Shown: positions 12,460 to 26,223 of the stretch, in pieces
Numbering within the stretch: position 1 is the stretch's first letter
Layout of the letters: each line of letters opens with the position of its first letter
Source of the DNA: Isurus oxyrinchus
Taxonomy: Eukaryota
Direction: 5' to 3'
Assembly: GCA_026770705.1 (NCBI GenBank)
Contig: JANJGN010000013.1
Span: 121,148,001-121,212,000 of the forward strand
Length of the DNA: 64,000 nt
Notes under the pieces: generated by a model
Database searches by the model: none
Told to the model about the DNA's origin: nothing
Seen by the model: the letters and a program-made list of their open reading frames with translations, nothing else
Translations under genes and position numbers: made by a program

Positions 12460-12895
12460 TCTCACCATTCCTACCAAGCAAACAACCTCACATTTCCCCA
12501 AATTATATTCTGTCCGTCACCTTGCTTTTCTATATCGCTTTGCAGATTCTTTGTGTCTTCCTCACAGCTTACTTTCCCACCTAGCTTTGTGCCATCAGCA
12601 AACCTGGACAAATTACACTCAGACCCTTAATGTAAGTAATTAATATAGATTGTAAATAGCACTGATTCTTGCAGCACCCTACTAGTAACAATTTGATAAC
12701 CTGCAAATGACCTGTATATTCGTACTGTTTTTTATCCTTTAACCAACCCTCTATTCGTATTACACATACCTATGAGCATTTATCTTGTGCAACAACTCTC
12801 CATGTGGGAACCTATCTTATACTACATCCATAAATTCCCCTTGATCTACCCTGCTAGGTACACCCTCAAAATTTTTGAATAGATTTGTCAAACAT
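12460..12895 (-). mobile_element. CR1 RT-region fragment
   Basis: Antisense of the FAD/KLGG region (cccacctagctttgtgccatcagcaaa) and of the upstream RT motifs. Confidence 0.7.
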
Positions 12896-14932
12896 GTGTT
12901 GGGTTCCACCAACATGGAAAAGAAACCCAACACCGTTTGTATTTAAAAACTTCATCCTTATTACTATTTTTTATTTTTAAACTGGACCTTTTCTCCAGAA
13001 CAGAATTATCTTAGTTTCTGGAATTTCACACCTCATTATGCTTAGGGAGCTCCTAAAAGACAAACTGTGACTGTTTAGACTAAGTTCAAAGGGAACTACA
13101 GGAATTCCATTTGCATTTGATAAGCCAACCTTGCTAGTGAAGTCAATGCGTCTACTGAGACAATGGCTTGCCAAATGCTAGGCCCTCAACATAAATGGCA
13201 CCCCCTTTCAACCCATAATGGGTGAGACATCATCAATCCTGAAAATAAAGTCAATTCCAGATGCTGGATAAACATCCCTTTTGAAGTAATAGTGGAGGAG
13301 GAAGTTCACATGACCCAATACTCTGGCCCCTGGAACTGAGGATGGACCTAGCAGGGTAGATAAAGGGGAATTTATGGATGTAGTATAAGATAAGTTCCCA
13401 CACGGAGAGTTGTTGCACAAGATAAAGGCTCATAGGTATATGTAATATGAATAGAGGGTTGGTTAAAGGACAAAAAACAGTTTAATATTACATTTCTGGG
13501 CTGCACACCCAGTTTGCTGTTTTATCATCTGACTGGCAAGTCTCAAAGAAGCCAGCTCTACCCAGGCAGAACAACCAGCTCATCTAACCTGGTTCTGCTG
13601 GAAGATTTCATAACATCGCCCACAAAATCGACCCAATCTCTGCATGCCTACTTCATGTGTGACAACAACCTCTTTACTTAACCATGGACGGATATCTCTT
13701 CCTATTGAGTTTTATTTCTCAATAGCATGCAGATTGAGAATTATGAAACATTTCTTCAAATTTTCAATATTACTCAGGTACTGTCATACCTTTTATTCCA
13801 ATTTCTCAATCTACCTTTGCCATTAATTATGTTCAATACTCTAGTTTCACACTTAATTACAGCCCTCTCAAACTCAATATGAAATTCTATAATTTTCCCA
13901 GAGGATTCCTTTCTGTGAGCTTACTAATTAACCCTGTCTTATGGTACAAAGCAAAATCTAAACTGGCCTTTTCCCTGGTTGGTTCCATCATGTATTTTTC
14001 TAGGAAAATGTGTCAAATTAAATCTATGAACCCGTCCTACAAACTAACTCTTTCCAATTTGCTTTCTCCATTCTATATGAAGATTAAAATTCCCTCCAAT
14101 TATTGCATTACTTTGTTACAAACTCATTTTTCTTGATTAATGCTCTGTTGAACAGTATATTTACTATTAGGGGCCAGAATTAGTCAAAGTATCACTTAAC
14201 GACACAGAAGGTGCCCATTTGGCTCAGGGTGAGCAATGGTCCCTCATTTCTTGGGACTGTCCTGTATTTGAGGCCAATGTCCCGTGTCCCAATTCAAATG
14301 CTGCCAGGATGCTGTTTTTGCCGTAATTTGGACCTCTGAATCTCATGCATGTGTTTTGCACCCTGGCAGCCCCGGCCAAACTCCTCTCCCCTCTCATGCT
14401 CCTCCCACCCCCCTCACATTCCTCCCCCCCCTCCCTCACAGTCCAAACCCCTCTACTCACATCCCTGGTAACCTCCCACCACCTCCACTCTTAGCTCTGG
14501 CAGGAACCCCCGTCCCCTGCTCTAACTTACCCTAATGCTGGAGTGTCCCTTAAATATTTCTGTGAGAGTTTATTTAATTTCACCATGATTTGGCCCATCG
14601 AGTCCATGCCAATTCCCTGCAGAGCAATCCAATTAACCCTGCTTGGTCCCTATAATCCTGCAAATTTATTTTCTTCAAGTGCCCACTGTTTTCCTTTTGA
14701 AATCATTGATTGTTTCCTCTTCTAAGAATAACATTTTCTTCAAAATCAAACCTCAATTCTCAATACTAAAACAATCCTACACACTCAAATAAAGTGCACC
14801 CATAGGGCAAACAATAGGAATTCACAGCCTGAGGTGGACTGATCTCAACTCCACTACAATAACTTCAACTGGGGACATCATGCACTTCCTGTTGAACACC
14901 TGTCTCCAAACCACAGGCCCTAGTCACCTGAC

Positions 14933-17900
14933 TAGGGTTGCCAACAGTGATTAAATATATTCCTGGAGATTTCATCACATGATTTGCCCCTACGCTCCAG
15001 CTGTTCGCTGGCCAACATGTGACATTCTACCTTCCTATGCCAATTGGAAGAAAAGACTCATTAGCCAAACTATTGTGGCTGGGTGATGGGATCCCAGGAG
15101 TGGGATCAGATAGGTCAGATTCAGCTCAGAAAAATGGAGGTAGGACATTAGCTAGGAATGTTGTGATAGACATGGAGTTACAGGAGAAGCAAAGTTTAAA
15201 AAGTGTCCAGCAAGAGAAATTGATGGGGTTAAACTGTTTATACTTCAATGCAAGGAGTATTACAAACAAGGTAGATGAGTTAAGGGCACAGGTAGACACA
15301 TGGCAGCAGGATGTCATTGCTATAACGGAGACCTGGCTAAAGGACGGACAAAACTGGCAGCTAAATCTCCCTAGTTATAGAGTCTTCAGACATGATGGAG
15401 TAGGAAATAAAAAAGAGGGGAGGGGGTGGTGTAGCACAAATGGTTAAAGAATCAATTCCAGTTGTGAGAAGCAATGATATACTAAATGGGTCAACAAACG
15501 AGGTTTTATGGATTGAGCTTAGAAATAAAAAAGGGGCAGTCACACTACTAGGAGTATACTACAGACCCCCAAATAGTGAAAGGGAGATAGAAAAACAAAT
15601 ATGTAGGCAAATTTCTGCTTGTAAGAACAAGAGAGCAATAATAGTAGGAGACTTCAACAATCCTAATATCAACTGGGATTCAAACGATATAAGGGGCACT
15701 GTGAGAGAAAAATTCATGCAATGTGTTCAGGAAAATTTTTTCAACCAATTAGTGACAAATCCAATGAGAGGAGATGCAATTCTAGACCTAGTCTTGGGGA
15801 ACGAAGAAGGGCAGGTGGGTGAAGTGACGGTTGGCGACCCTATCAGGGACAGTGATCACAATTCAGTTAGATTTAGCATTACCATGGAAAAGGACAGAGA
15901 TAAGGCTTAAGTAAAAGTCTTGAACTGGGGGAAGGCAAAGTTTACAGAAATGAGAAGGGACTTGGCTGAGGTGGACTGGACAGCACTGCTGGAAGATGAA
16001 ACAGTGGAAAACCAGTGGGAGCACTAAAAAGCGAGATCCTAATTGTACAAAGTAGACATGTCCCCTGCAAAAATAAGAGTGATACTGCCAAATCTAGACC
16101 CTCCTGGTTGTCTAGACGAATACAGCGGAAAAAGAAAGCGTACGATAAGCACAAAGAACTAAGCACTGCAGATAACCTAGATGAATATAGGAAGTGCAGG
16201 GACAAAGTTAAAAAGGAAATAAGGAAATCAAAGAGAGGGCATGAAAAAAGATTAGCAAGTAATGTTAAAGATAACCCAAAGATGTTTTCCCAATACATTA
16301 ATGCTAAAAGGTTAGTTAGGGAAAAAGTTGGACATATCAGAGATGAAGATGGAAACTTGTGTGTAGATGCAGAGGCTGTGGGAAGGGTTTTGAATGAATA
16401 TTTTGTCTCCGTGTTTACAAAGGAAAGGGAGGATGTAGATATAGTAGTCCAGGAGGAACACTGCGAGATATTGGACAGGATAGTCATAAAGAGAGAGGAA
16501 GTACTCAAAGGGTTGAAATCCTTGAAAGTTGAGAAGTCACCAGGGCCAGATGGACTGTTTCCAAGGCTGCTGAAGGAAGTCAGGGAGGAGATAGCAGATG
16601 CTCTGAGGATGATTTTCCAATCTTCAGGAGATACACGGGAAGTACCCGAGGACTGGAGAAATGCAACATAGTTCCATTGGTTAAAAAGGGATCAAAGGAA
16701 ATACCAAACACTTATAGGCCAGTTAGTCTGACATTGGTGGTGAGAAAATTAGTGTCATGTGGAAAGGTATGGAGCAGTCAGGGATGGTCAGCATGGATTT
16801 GTTAAAGGAAGTTCTTGCTTCACAAATTTGATTGAATTCTTTGAGGAAGGGATAAGAAGGGTTGATGAAGGTAGTGCAGTGAATGTTATGTACATGGATT
16901 TTAGCAAGGCGTTTGACAAGGTCCCACATGGCAGATTGGTCAGGAAAGTAAAAGCCCATGGGATTCAGGGTAATGTGGCAAACTGGATAAAAGGTTAGCT
17001 TTGTAACAGGAAACAAAGGGTAATGGTCAACGGATGCCCTTGTGAATGGAAAATTGTCTCAAGTGGTGTTCCACAGGCGTCGGTGTTGGGACCCTTACTG
17101 TTTGTATTATATATTAACAATTTGGACATGAATGTGGGGGGCACAATTGGGAAATTTGCAGAAGACACAAAGATTGGCTGAGTAGTGGATAGTGTAGAGG
17201 ATAGCCATAATCTCCAAAATGATATAGATGGGTTGGTGGAGTGGGCGGTAAAGTGGCAGATGGACTTTAACATAGAGAAGTGTGAGGTCATACATTTAGG
17301 AAAGTCAAACAGTTACAGGGATTACAAAATAAATGGGAATATACAAAGAGGAGTAGATGAAGTGAGAGGCCTTGGCGTACAAGTATACAGGTCACTGAAG
17401 GCAGCAGTTCAACTAGACAAGATTGTAAAGAAGGCATATCATGTTGGAATTGAATAAAACACTGGTGAGGCCACAACTGGAGTGCAGTTCTAGTCACCAC
17501 ATTACAGGAAGGACTTAACAGCTCTGGAAAGAGTGCAAAGTGTTGCCAGGGTTAGAAAAGTGTAGCTACGAGGAGAGATTGGATAGGTTGGGGTTATTTT
17601 CCTTAGAACAAAGAAGGCTGAGAGGTGACTTGATTGAGGTGTACAAAATTATGAGGGGAATAGATAGAGTGGACAGGATAAAATTGTTTCCCTTGATGGA
17701 GAATTCTAGAACAGGGGACACAGTTTCAAGATAAGTGGCAGAAGGTGTAGGGGGGACATGAGGAAGAACTTTTTTTATGCAGAGGGTAGTGGGTGTCTGG
17801 AATTCACTGCCCAAGTTGGTGGTAGAGGCAGAAACTTTAAACTACCTGGATCTGCACCTTAAGTGCTGTAAGCTTTAGGGCCATGGGCCAGGTGCAGAAA

Positions 17901-18207
17901 GGTGGGATTAGAAAGGGCACCTGGGTGTCCTCAGGCTGGCATGGATAAGATGGGCCGAATGGCCTCCTTCTGTGCTGTAACTTTTCTATGGTTCTATGGA
18001 TGATGCTTGACTGTCAGCTAAACAACCTTTTTTTCCCCATTTTCAATATTTTTATCTATGGTAAAGAGGTGTTCAAGGAAAATTAAAAAAAAAACATCTT
18101 TTTTAATGGCCCTGTGATTTTTCTCCAGGGTTGCACACAGAAGTGACCTGGAGTTTGATCTGCAATTTCCGGGGACTCAAAGCCAATCCTGAACGGCTGG
18201 TACCCTT
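14933..18207. mobile_element. hAT MITE (same family as 7123-7485, opposite orientation), split by a CR1 insertion
   Basis: 14933-~15070 and ~17999-18207 together are colinear with the reverse complement of 7123-7485. Starts with TAGGGTTGCCA. Confidence 0.8.
15075..17998 (+). mobile_element. CR1 LINE, near-complete ORF2 with frameshifts and stops
   Basis: APE motifs (CLYFNARSI, IAITETWL, YYRPP, VGDFN, SDHN) and RT motifs (QHGFVKG, YMDFSKAFDKVPH, GVPQ). Ends in a (ttctatgg)n tail. Confidence 0.93.
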
Positions 18208-18209
18208 CA

Positions 18210-18370
18210 CCATCTCGCATAACAATCCTCGATCCGTCGGGAAGTGCGCATGCGTCAACGGGCAGCTTGCTCTGAGTATACGCATGCGTTAACCGCTGCC
18301 TGCTCAGGACAGGGTGTGCATGCGTCCTGCCCCTGCGCATGCGTGAGATTTAGAACGCGGCCCCGTTGTC
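18210..18370 (+). promoter_or_regulatory. CpG-rich DENND6B proximal promoter with clustered NRF1-type motifs and an ETS-like site
   Basis: TGCGCATGCG at 18245-18254 and 18334-18343, variants ACGCATGCGT (~18280) and GTGCATGCGT (~18316), CGGGAAGT at 18238-18245. Locally CpG-rich in an otherwise CpG-depleted window, directly upstream of the ATG. Confidence 0.8.
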
Positions 18371-18535
18371 ATGGAGCTGTTGGAGACAGGGGGCCGGGCT
18401 CGGACGGTGAAGCATTGCTCGGTCCTCAGCCCCAGCCCCAGCCCCAGCCTCGCACTTCCCTGGGACCACTTTTCCGCCTGGCTTGAGTGCGTGTGTGTGG
18501 TCACATTCGACTTGGAGCTTGGACAAGCGATCGAG
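18371..18535 (+). CDS. DENND6B: DENND6B coding exon 1 (DENN-domain Rab GEF)
   Basis: ATG in good context (gtcATGG). Encodes MELLETGG...[26 protein letters not shown], matching the DENND6B signature [22 protein letters not shown] (DENND6A has WLHCVCVVGF). Ends GAG|gtgagg, phase 0. Confidence 0.93.
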
Positions 18536-18989
18536 GTGAGGGTAGGCCTCGCCCTGAGAAGGCTGGTAACAGGCGATTGGGGATGGAGGAGGGCGGTGAA
18601 ATGTTGGGTAATATCATGTGTAACATACGGTATGTATACTGTATGATATGCACTTGTGTTGCTCATGTTTGGCCCTTTTCCTCCTCTAACATGATTGGCG
18701 ATCTGAAGATAGCGGATGAAGTTTCAGATGTACCCTGCTGACACCCAGCTCCACTTTATTGTGACTTTTGTCGACCTCTCCCACCACTGTCCCCATGTTG
18801 TTAGGCTGCTTACTTGGGCGTCCAAGCCTGGCTGAGCCACAATTTTCTCAGGTTTAACATTTGCAACAGACATTTTATCAAGCATCAATTTCTTCAGTTT
18901 ACTCTTGGGAAGACTAGCGATTGACTTCGGCCCTGCTGCAAATTCTGTGCACTCACCATTGTTTCATCCCCCTCCCAGACATTGCCTAA

Positions 18990-19660
18990 GGTTCAGCCAC
19001 ACTATTTACAATTTCAGCGTCCGATTTACCCTGAGCCGTGTACATATATCCTCCATCACAACAGTCACCCTAATAACTTTGCACATCTCCCCCCCGTCTC
19101 AGTCCCTCTGCTGTTGAAATCCTGATACCTACCGTTATCAGCTCCAGACTTGACCATTTCGCAGTCTCTCAAAACTTTCTTAAACTCTTACCTCTATTGT
19201 ATGCCTCATCAAATTCCACTCGCCCATCATCCTTGTGCTCACTGACATACTCCTGGTTTCCCCCAAAGTCTTAAGTAGAAAATTCTCATCCTTGTGTTCA
19301 AATTCATTCAGGGCCTTGCCCTGCCTAATGCTGCAACATTTTCCAGCTGTACAACTTTTGAAGAACTCTGCATCCTTCCAACTCCTGTCTCTTGTACATC
19401 ACAAAATTTTTTCATCCCACTCTTAGCAGCTGTGCATGTAGCCTTCTAGGCCCTATGCTCTGTAATTCTATCCTTGCATATCTCTGCTTTTGCATATTTC
19501 TTTCTTTAAGACTTTCAAAAGTTACTTCCTAAGCTTTCAACTATCTCTCCTAATACCTCTTCCTTTGGCTTGGTATTGATTTTTGTTTGATTTCATTTCT
19601 GTGAAGGGCCTTAGGATGCTATACTGTGTTAAAGGTGCTAAGTAAATGCAAGTTCTTGTC
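18990..19660 (+). mobile_element. L2 LINE 3' fragment
   Basis: Decayed L2 ORF2 end (SRLD..., PITP.L..L), with tail gtgaagggccttaggatg...aaggtgctaagtaaatgcaagtt. Confidence 0.7.
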
Positions 19661-21886
19661 ACAAATTCCTACAAAGAGGAAATAAGTTATGCCAACACTT
19701 TACATGATGGGAAAAACAATCTGTTTGTTATGCTTGAGTTACAGACATCCCGTCACTGGTAAGACTGTGATGCAAGTACCTATTTCACCCACCATTTATT
19801 TCTTCATTCAGTAATTTCTGCACTTAACTGGTCTTCATTTTTAAAAAAGATTTTATACTTTTTCCTGATTTTTCATTCCCACCCCCATGTCCCCACTTTT
19901 GAAATTGATCATCCTTCTTTGTTGTTGGTCCCCCAGTTCCCTTACTTCATTCTGCTAGTGTTGTTCAAAACCTGACCATGTTCTACCAGTCTTCTTTGCT
20001 AGCTTCCAGTTCAAGAATGGTTTTAAGGATATAATAAGAAACTGTAGACTAGTCAAACATCAATTGTAGACAAGCTCTTATAATTAAAAACAAAATTAAT
20101 AAACATTTAGATCTACAAAAATAAATTAAGGCCTATCAGCTCAGATTTGTGATACTGAAGTTATGTTTAAGTGTGATGGATGTGCATGAATTTTCAGATC
20201 CTTTGAAGTATCTCATAGAAAGCTCATAAAAATTCAGTTTTTTTTTAATTCGTTCAAAGAATGTGGGCATCACTTTTTTCTCTTTTTCTAGATCTGATCT
20301 GTCTTTTTCTCTCTTTCTGTACCTGATTTGACATTGAATTCACTCACTCCAACTTAAACTTCTTTGTCGGTCCTTGTGATGTTAATTTCGAAATCCATCA
20401 ATCTGGCGGGCAGATTGCTTGCCCAGTTGGTTCAGGTTCCATTTGCTCAGTTTCATTCACTGATGTTCAGCAACTGGCTACATTTTTAAAACCTAAACAT
20501 GTAATGTAATTCTAACTAGATGCCCTGACACAGCAAATTATGGCCCAATAAAAATGTGTCAATGCCCTGCACTATCTTTCATGCAGTATCTGCTATTTAG
20601 GTGGTGTTGTAATTGGCATTTAGAACCTTAAAGAAGTTAAAAGAAGCTTCATGTACCATTAGCTGAAGAATCCATTACTGACATTGTGTGTTGGCCCAGC
20701 ATGTGGGTTATACAGTAAAATCTTTATTATCCAGCATGTATGGGGAATAGTGGTGCCAGTTAAACAGAAATGCCGGTTCACGGAGGGTTCCATTTACCAA
20801 TGGAATACAGCGCAATACTTGGAGCATGAAGTAATATACAAGTACTCAAGAAGTAAAGAACAGTATTCTTTTTACTTCTCATCTTAAACAGTACATTAAC
20901 ACTAAGTATAAAATAATACAGAAAAAAGGTACAGCTTTGTAATTGCTCCCAGTTGGTAAAGTGACCATTCATATTAGGGGAATATCTGAAACTCCATAGT
21001 AGCGAATTTCGGTTGGTAGTGTGCCGGATAACACAAAGTTGAATTGAATATGCAATTAAGTGGCAGTGTAGGAATGTGTTCATCTGGAGCACAGATTCTC
21101 AAGGTAAGGATAAAAAGTAAGTGTTAAATGATTTGTAAAACCTTTTCCTCAGTAAAGCATGGTTTTCCTCCCGAACAGCACTGTGACTGTGGCTGTACCT
21201 ACACCACATGGATTGCAGTGGTTTAAGAAAGCAGCCTAACACCACCACCTCAAGGGTAATTAGGGTTGGGCAATAAATGCTGGCCAACCAGTGATTCCAT
21301 CAGTGCCAAACCTCCAAAAATCATTGGGGTGGGGGTTTGTGGGAGGAGACATAATCGGGTGAGGTGAAAAGTAAAGCCTGAGGCTGCAGGGACCGTTTGC
21401 GACTGGGCATGTTGAGATTTTATTAATGGAGTGCCTTTTGCATGTTATATAGGCCCCCGACTGATTTTAGCAGCAACCTTGTCCAGGGCTTGATTTTCTT
21501 TGGTACATGTTACAGCAGCTGGGAATGGGTTGGGTTCCTTGATTCTGCTATTTTCAAAGTAACAGAGAGGAATAATGAGGTTAGTGTGATTGATGTTGTG
21601 TACGTATGGACTAGAAGGGCATTTGAAAAAAGTAATAATAATAGAAGCACATGGGATTAAGGGGCAATGATAGCATGGATACAAAATTGCCTATTATTTA
21701 AGATAATGCAGTGCATCTTCCTGTTCTTCAAGAGCACATGGAAAGCACATGGTATACCTACAAATATAAAGTTTTAAAACAAAATATTTTGAGGATAGAC
21801 ATATTTAATATTTTGGACATGTAAAATTTATCCTGTTTTATGAAAAATTTCTTCAGTTGAGCTGTTTGTATTTTTTTGGTCCTCAG

Positions 21887-21925
21887 CTTGTGTATCCCCA
21901 TGATGTGCGACTTACAGAAAAGGAG
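21887..21925 (+). CDS. DENND6B: DENND6B coding exon 2
   Basis: Acceptor ttttttggtcctcag|, 39 nt encoding LVYPHDVRLTEKE, donor |gtaaga. Human DENND6B has LVYPNDFRLTDKE. Phase 0-0. Confidence 0.93.
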
Positions 21926-22379
21926 GTAAGATATTAAATTTGTGGAATTTCTATTCACTATATAGTACCATTGAGATCCCTTGTAGCTTGTCAGATAATA
22001 CTGCAACCATGATAATTTTGCTTTATAGAATTTGCATAAAATGCACAACTACTGCTAAGCTTTCTTGAAGTCTGAAAGCTGTAAAACATAGATAAGAGTT
22101 CTTGGAAAAGGGAAAGATAATTTCGGCCAAATACAATTGTTTCTTTCTTGGGAAACATCCCAACTTAACATTTTCTGACGCCTCCTTCAAATACCAGAGA
22201 TAATTTTCACTTTTGTTGGGATGGAAACCTGAAATCAGTGAGAAGAAAAATCAGGCAGGCTGTGTAACAAACAGCTTAATCCACTACTGTCAATTTACCT
22301 TCTTTGTTGTAAAAGTCTAGTTGCCGTTTGAGCTCATTTGTATAATGTAGACGTCAGTGCACTTTCCCAGTAAATTAAT

Positions 22380-22800
22380 GGCCAGTTTGGGTTAGTGATA
22401 GCAATTTTGCTTCTGAGTCAGAATATTGTGAGTTTGAGGATGCTACAGGTTCTGAGCACACAATCTGGGCTGGTACTTGATTACAGTATTGAACAAGTGT
22501 TGAAACATTGATGGTGTCATCTTTCCTTGGATGAAACAGTAACCAAGATCCCCACTGTCTATTCAGCTGGATGAAAATGATCCCATTGTATTTTTGGGAA
22601 GAAGATTAGGAAATTTTCCTGGTGTCCTGACCAAGAGTCCACCCTCGTCCAACACTAGTAGACCAAATAATTGATTTATTTCAGTGCTCTTTGTAAGAAT
22701 TTCCTGTGGCTATTTTGGCTATCATTTTTGCCTGCAAAACAACAGCAATTAATTTGCTGTGCAGCATTTTGGGATATCCTGAGGACATGAACATGTGATA
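22380..22800 (+). mobile_element. Deu-domain SINE (SacSINE1-like)
   Basis: tRNA-like head (cttctgagtcagaa), Deu-like core ggatgaaaatgatcccattg...gaagaag...cctggtgtcctgaccaa, and an L2-type tail. Confidence 0.7.
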
Positions 22801-23579
22801 TTTAGCCTTTTCACAGCTCTTTAATCTCTTGGAGGCCAAAGTTCCTTGTCCCTTAGAAATCTACAACACAGAAGGAGGCTTCGTCATGCTTGTGTCACTT
22901 CTTTGCTAGAGTAATCCAAGCTAATCAAAATGCTGTGTTCTATTCACATAGGTGTGCATTTTTCTTTCTTCAAAATATTTAGTCAGCATTTCCCTTAATA
23001 GGTGCAGCAATCTCTGCAACCACTCCTGAAGCAAAGCAAGCTTCAGAAAGTTTTCCTCACCTCTGCCTTAAATTTCTTACTGACTGTATAACTAGAGGAA
23101 ATAATTTTTGTTTATTGACTCTTTTAAAACCCTTCATAATTTTAAAATCTCTACTAAGTCACCTTGGAGCCTTGTCTGCTATGGTGAAAATATACCTAGT
23201 AACCTTTAGAGTAAAGCATAGTCCAGAAAAAAAAGGGATCAGGAAGAAAAGAAATTCAAAGCCGACGAAGGCAAATTTGGAGTGCATGTCCAAAAGTGCA
23301 CGGAGCATGTCACATTAGGTTGGTGAACTGCAGGCACATGTTGCCACATGGTATTATGATATTGTGACATAAACAGAAACCCGGCTGAAACAAAGAGAAG
23401 AATAGGGATTTAATATGCTTGGCTGCGATATATTCAGGAGGAATATGGTATAAGGAAAGGAGGGGTTGGGCAGCATTGCTCAAGTATACCATGCAGCCTT
23501 GAAAAGGGATTATGCACTAAGAGGGTTCGAAGAACCTATTTGGTTAGATTTAAGCAGCAGAATCGTAGTTGTTATGCTG

Positions 23580-26050
23580 AAGTGTGTATGGCATCAGGTC
23601 AAACATAGGCAAGGAAACCTCCTGCTGATTACCACATACCGCCCTCCCTCTGCTGATGAATCAGTGCTCCTGCATGTTGAACACCACTTGGAGGAAGCAC
23701 TGAGGGTGCTAAGAGCGCAGAATGTACTTTGGGTGGGGCCTTCAATGTCCATCACCAAGAGTGGCTTGGTAACACCATTGCTGGCTGAGTTCTAGAAGAC
23801 ATAACTGCTAGACTGGGTCTAGCAGGTGGTGAGGGAACCAACAAGAGGGAAAAACATACTTGACCTCGTCCTCACCAACCTGCCTGCCACAGATGTATCT
23901 GTCTATGACAGTATTGGTAAGAGTGACCACCGCACAGTCATTGTGGAGACGAAGTCCCACCTTCACATTGAGGATACCCTCCATCATGTTGTGTGTCCCT
24001 ACCACTGTGCTAAATGGGATAGATTTCAAACAGATCTAGCAACTCAAGACTGGGCATCCATGAGGCGCTATGGACCATCAGCAGCAGCAGAATTGTACTC
24101 CAACACAATCTGTAACCTCATGGCCTGGCATATCCCCCACTCAACCATTACCATCAAGGCAGGGGATCAATCCTGGTTCAATGAAGAGTGCAGGAGGGCA
24201 TGCCAGGAGCAGCACCGGCCATACCTGATGAAGCTATAACACAGGACTACTTGCATGCCAAACAGCATAAGCAGCAAATGACAGACAGAACTAAGTAATC
24301 CCACAACCAACGGATCAGATCTAAGTTCTGCAGTCCTGCTACATCCAGTCGTGAATGGTGGTGGACAATTAAGCATCTCACTGAAGGAGGAGGCTCCACA
24401 AATATCCCCATCCTCAATGATGGGGGAGTCCAGCACATAGTGCAAAAGATAAGGCTGGAGCATTTGCTACAAACTTCAGCCAGAAGTGCCAAGTGGATGA
24501 TCAATCTCGGCCTCCTTTGGAGTTCCCCAGCATCACAGATGTCAGTTTTCAGCCAATTCAATTCACTCCACATGATATCTGAAGGCACTGGATATTGAAA
24601 AGGATATGGGCCCTGACAATATCCTGGCAATAAAGCAGCGCATATCCAGCCCGCCCAATTACTGCCCGATCAGTCTACTCTCGATTATCAGTAAAGTTAT
24701 GGAAGGGTATTCAACATTGCTATCAAGCGGCACTTTCTTAACAAAACCTGCCCACTGGTGCCCAGTTTGGGTTCTGCCAGGGCCACTCACCTCCTAACCT
24801 CATTACAGCCTTGGTTCAAACATGGACAAAAGAGCTGAACTCCCAAGGTCATAGAGGTTTACAGCACAGAAAAAGGCCTTTCGAGGTGAGGTTAGAGTGA
24901 CTGCCCTTGACATTGAGACTGCATTTGATCGAGTGTGGCATCAAGAAGCCCTAGCAAAACCGGAGTCAGTGGGAATCAGGAGGAAAACTCTCCACTGGTT
25001 GGAGTCATATCTAGCGCAAAGGAAGATGGTTGTGGTTGTTGGAGGTCAGTCATCTCAGCTCCAGAACATCACTGTAGGAGTTCCTCAGGGTAGTGTTCCT
25101 GGCCCAACCACCTTCAGCTGCTTCATCGATGACCTTCCCTCCATCATAAGGTCAGAAGGGGGGACGTTCGCTGATGATTGCACAATGCTCAGCACCATTC
25201 GTGACTCCTCAGATACTGAGGCAGTCCATGCCCAAATGCAGCAAGACCTAGACAGTTTCCAGGCTTAGGCTGACAAGTGGCAACATTTGTGCCACATAAG
25301 TGCCAGGCAGTGACCATCGCCAATAGCAGAGAATCTAACCATCACCCCTTGACATTCAATGGCATGACCATCACTGAATTCCCCCACTATCAACATCCTG
25401 GGAGTTATCATTGGCTATAAACTGAACTGGACCTGCCATATAAATACTGTGGCTACAAAAGCAGGTCAGAGGCTAGGAATCGTGCGAAGAGTAACTCTCA
25501 CTTCCTGACTCCCCAAAGTCTGTCCACCATCAACAAGGCATGTCAGCAGTGTGATGGAATACTCCCCACTTGCCTGGATGAGTGCAGCTCCCCCAACATT
25601 CGAAGCTTGACACTGTTCAGGACAAAGCAGCCCGCTTGATTGGGCACCGCATCCACAAACATTCACTTATTCCACCACCGATGCACAGTAGCAGCAGTGT
25701 GTACCATCCGCAAGATGCACAGCAGGAACTCACCAACGCAGTACCTTCCAAACCCACGACCACTACCATCTACAAGGACAAGGGCAGCAGATAGATGGGA
25801 ATACCACCATCTGGAAGTTCCCCTCCATGTCACTCACCATCCTAACTTGGAAATATATCGCCGTTCCTTCACTGTCGCTGGGTCAAAATCCTGGAACTCC
25901 CTTCCTAACAGCACTGTGGGTGTATCTACACCACATGGACTGCAGCGGTTGAAGAAAGCAGCTCACCACCACCATCTCAAGGGCAACTAGGGATGGGCAA
26001 TAAATGCTGGCCCAGTTAGCAAAGCCCACATCCTGTGAATGAATTATAAA
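23580..26050 (+). mobile_element. CR1-group LINE, same family as 840-3397
   Basis: TYRPP, ILDLVLTN, SDH, ALDIETAFDRVWH, GVPQGSV and FADD motifs. Same 3' end (ggcaataaatgctggccc...gaatgaat). Confidence 0.9.
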
Positions 26051-26223
26051 AACATAGTGGGAATGAGTTAGAGGAGCAAATCTGCAAGAAACTTCAGAAA
26101 GATGTAAAAACAATGGAGTAGTAATAATGGGGATTTCAATTATCCTGATAAAGCCTGGGGAGAAAAAAAACTGTGTTAAGGGCAAGGAGGAGCAGAAATG
26201 TGTACAAGAAAACAAAGTAATTA

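Noticed and set aside
20712-21070. Tigger-like MITE starting ta-cagtaaaatctttattatcc
   Set aside because: Only one terminus is recognisable, so the boundaries are not supportable.
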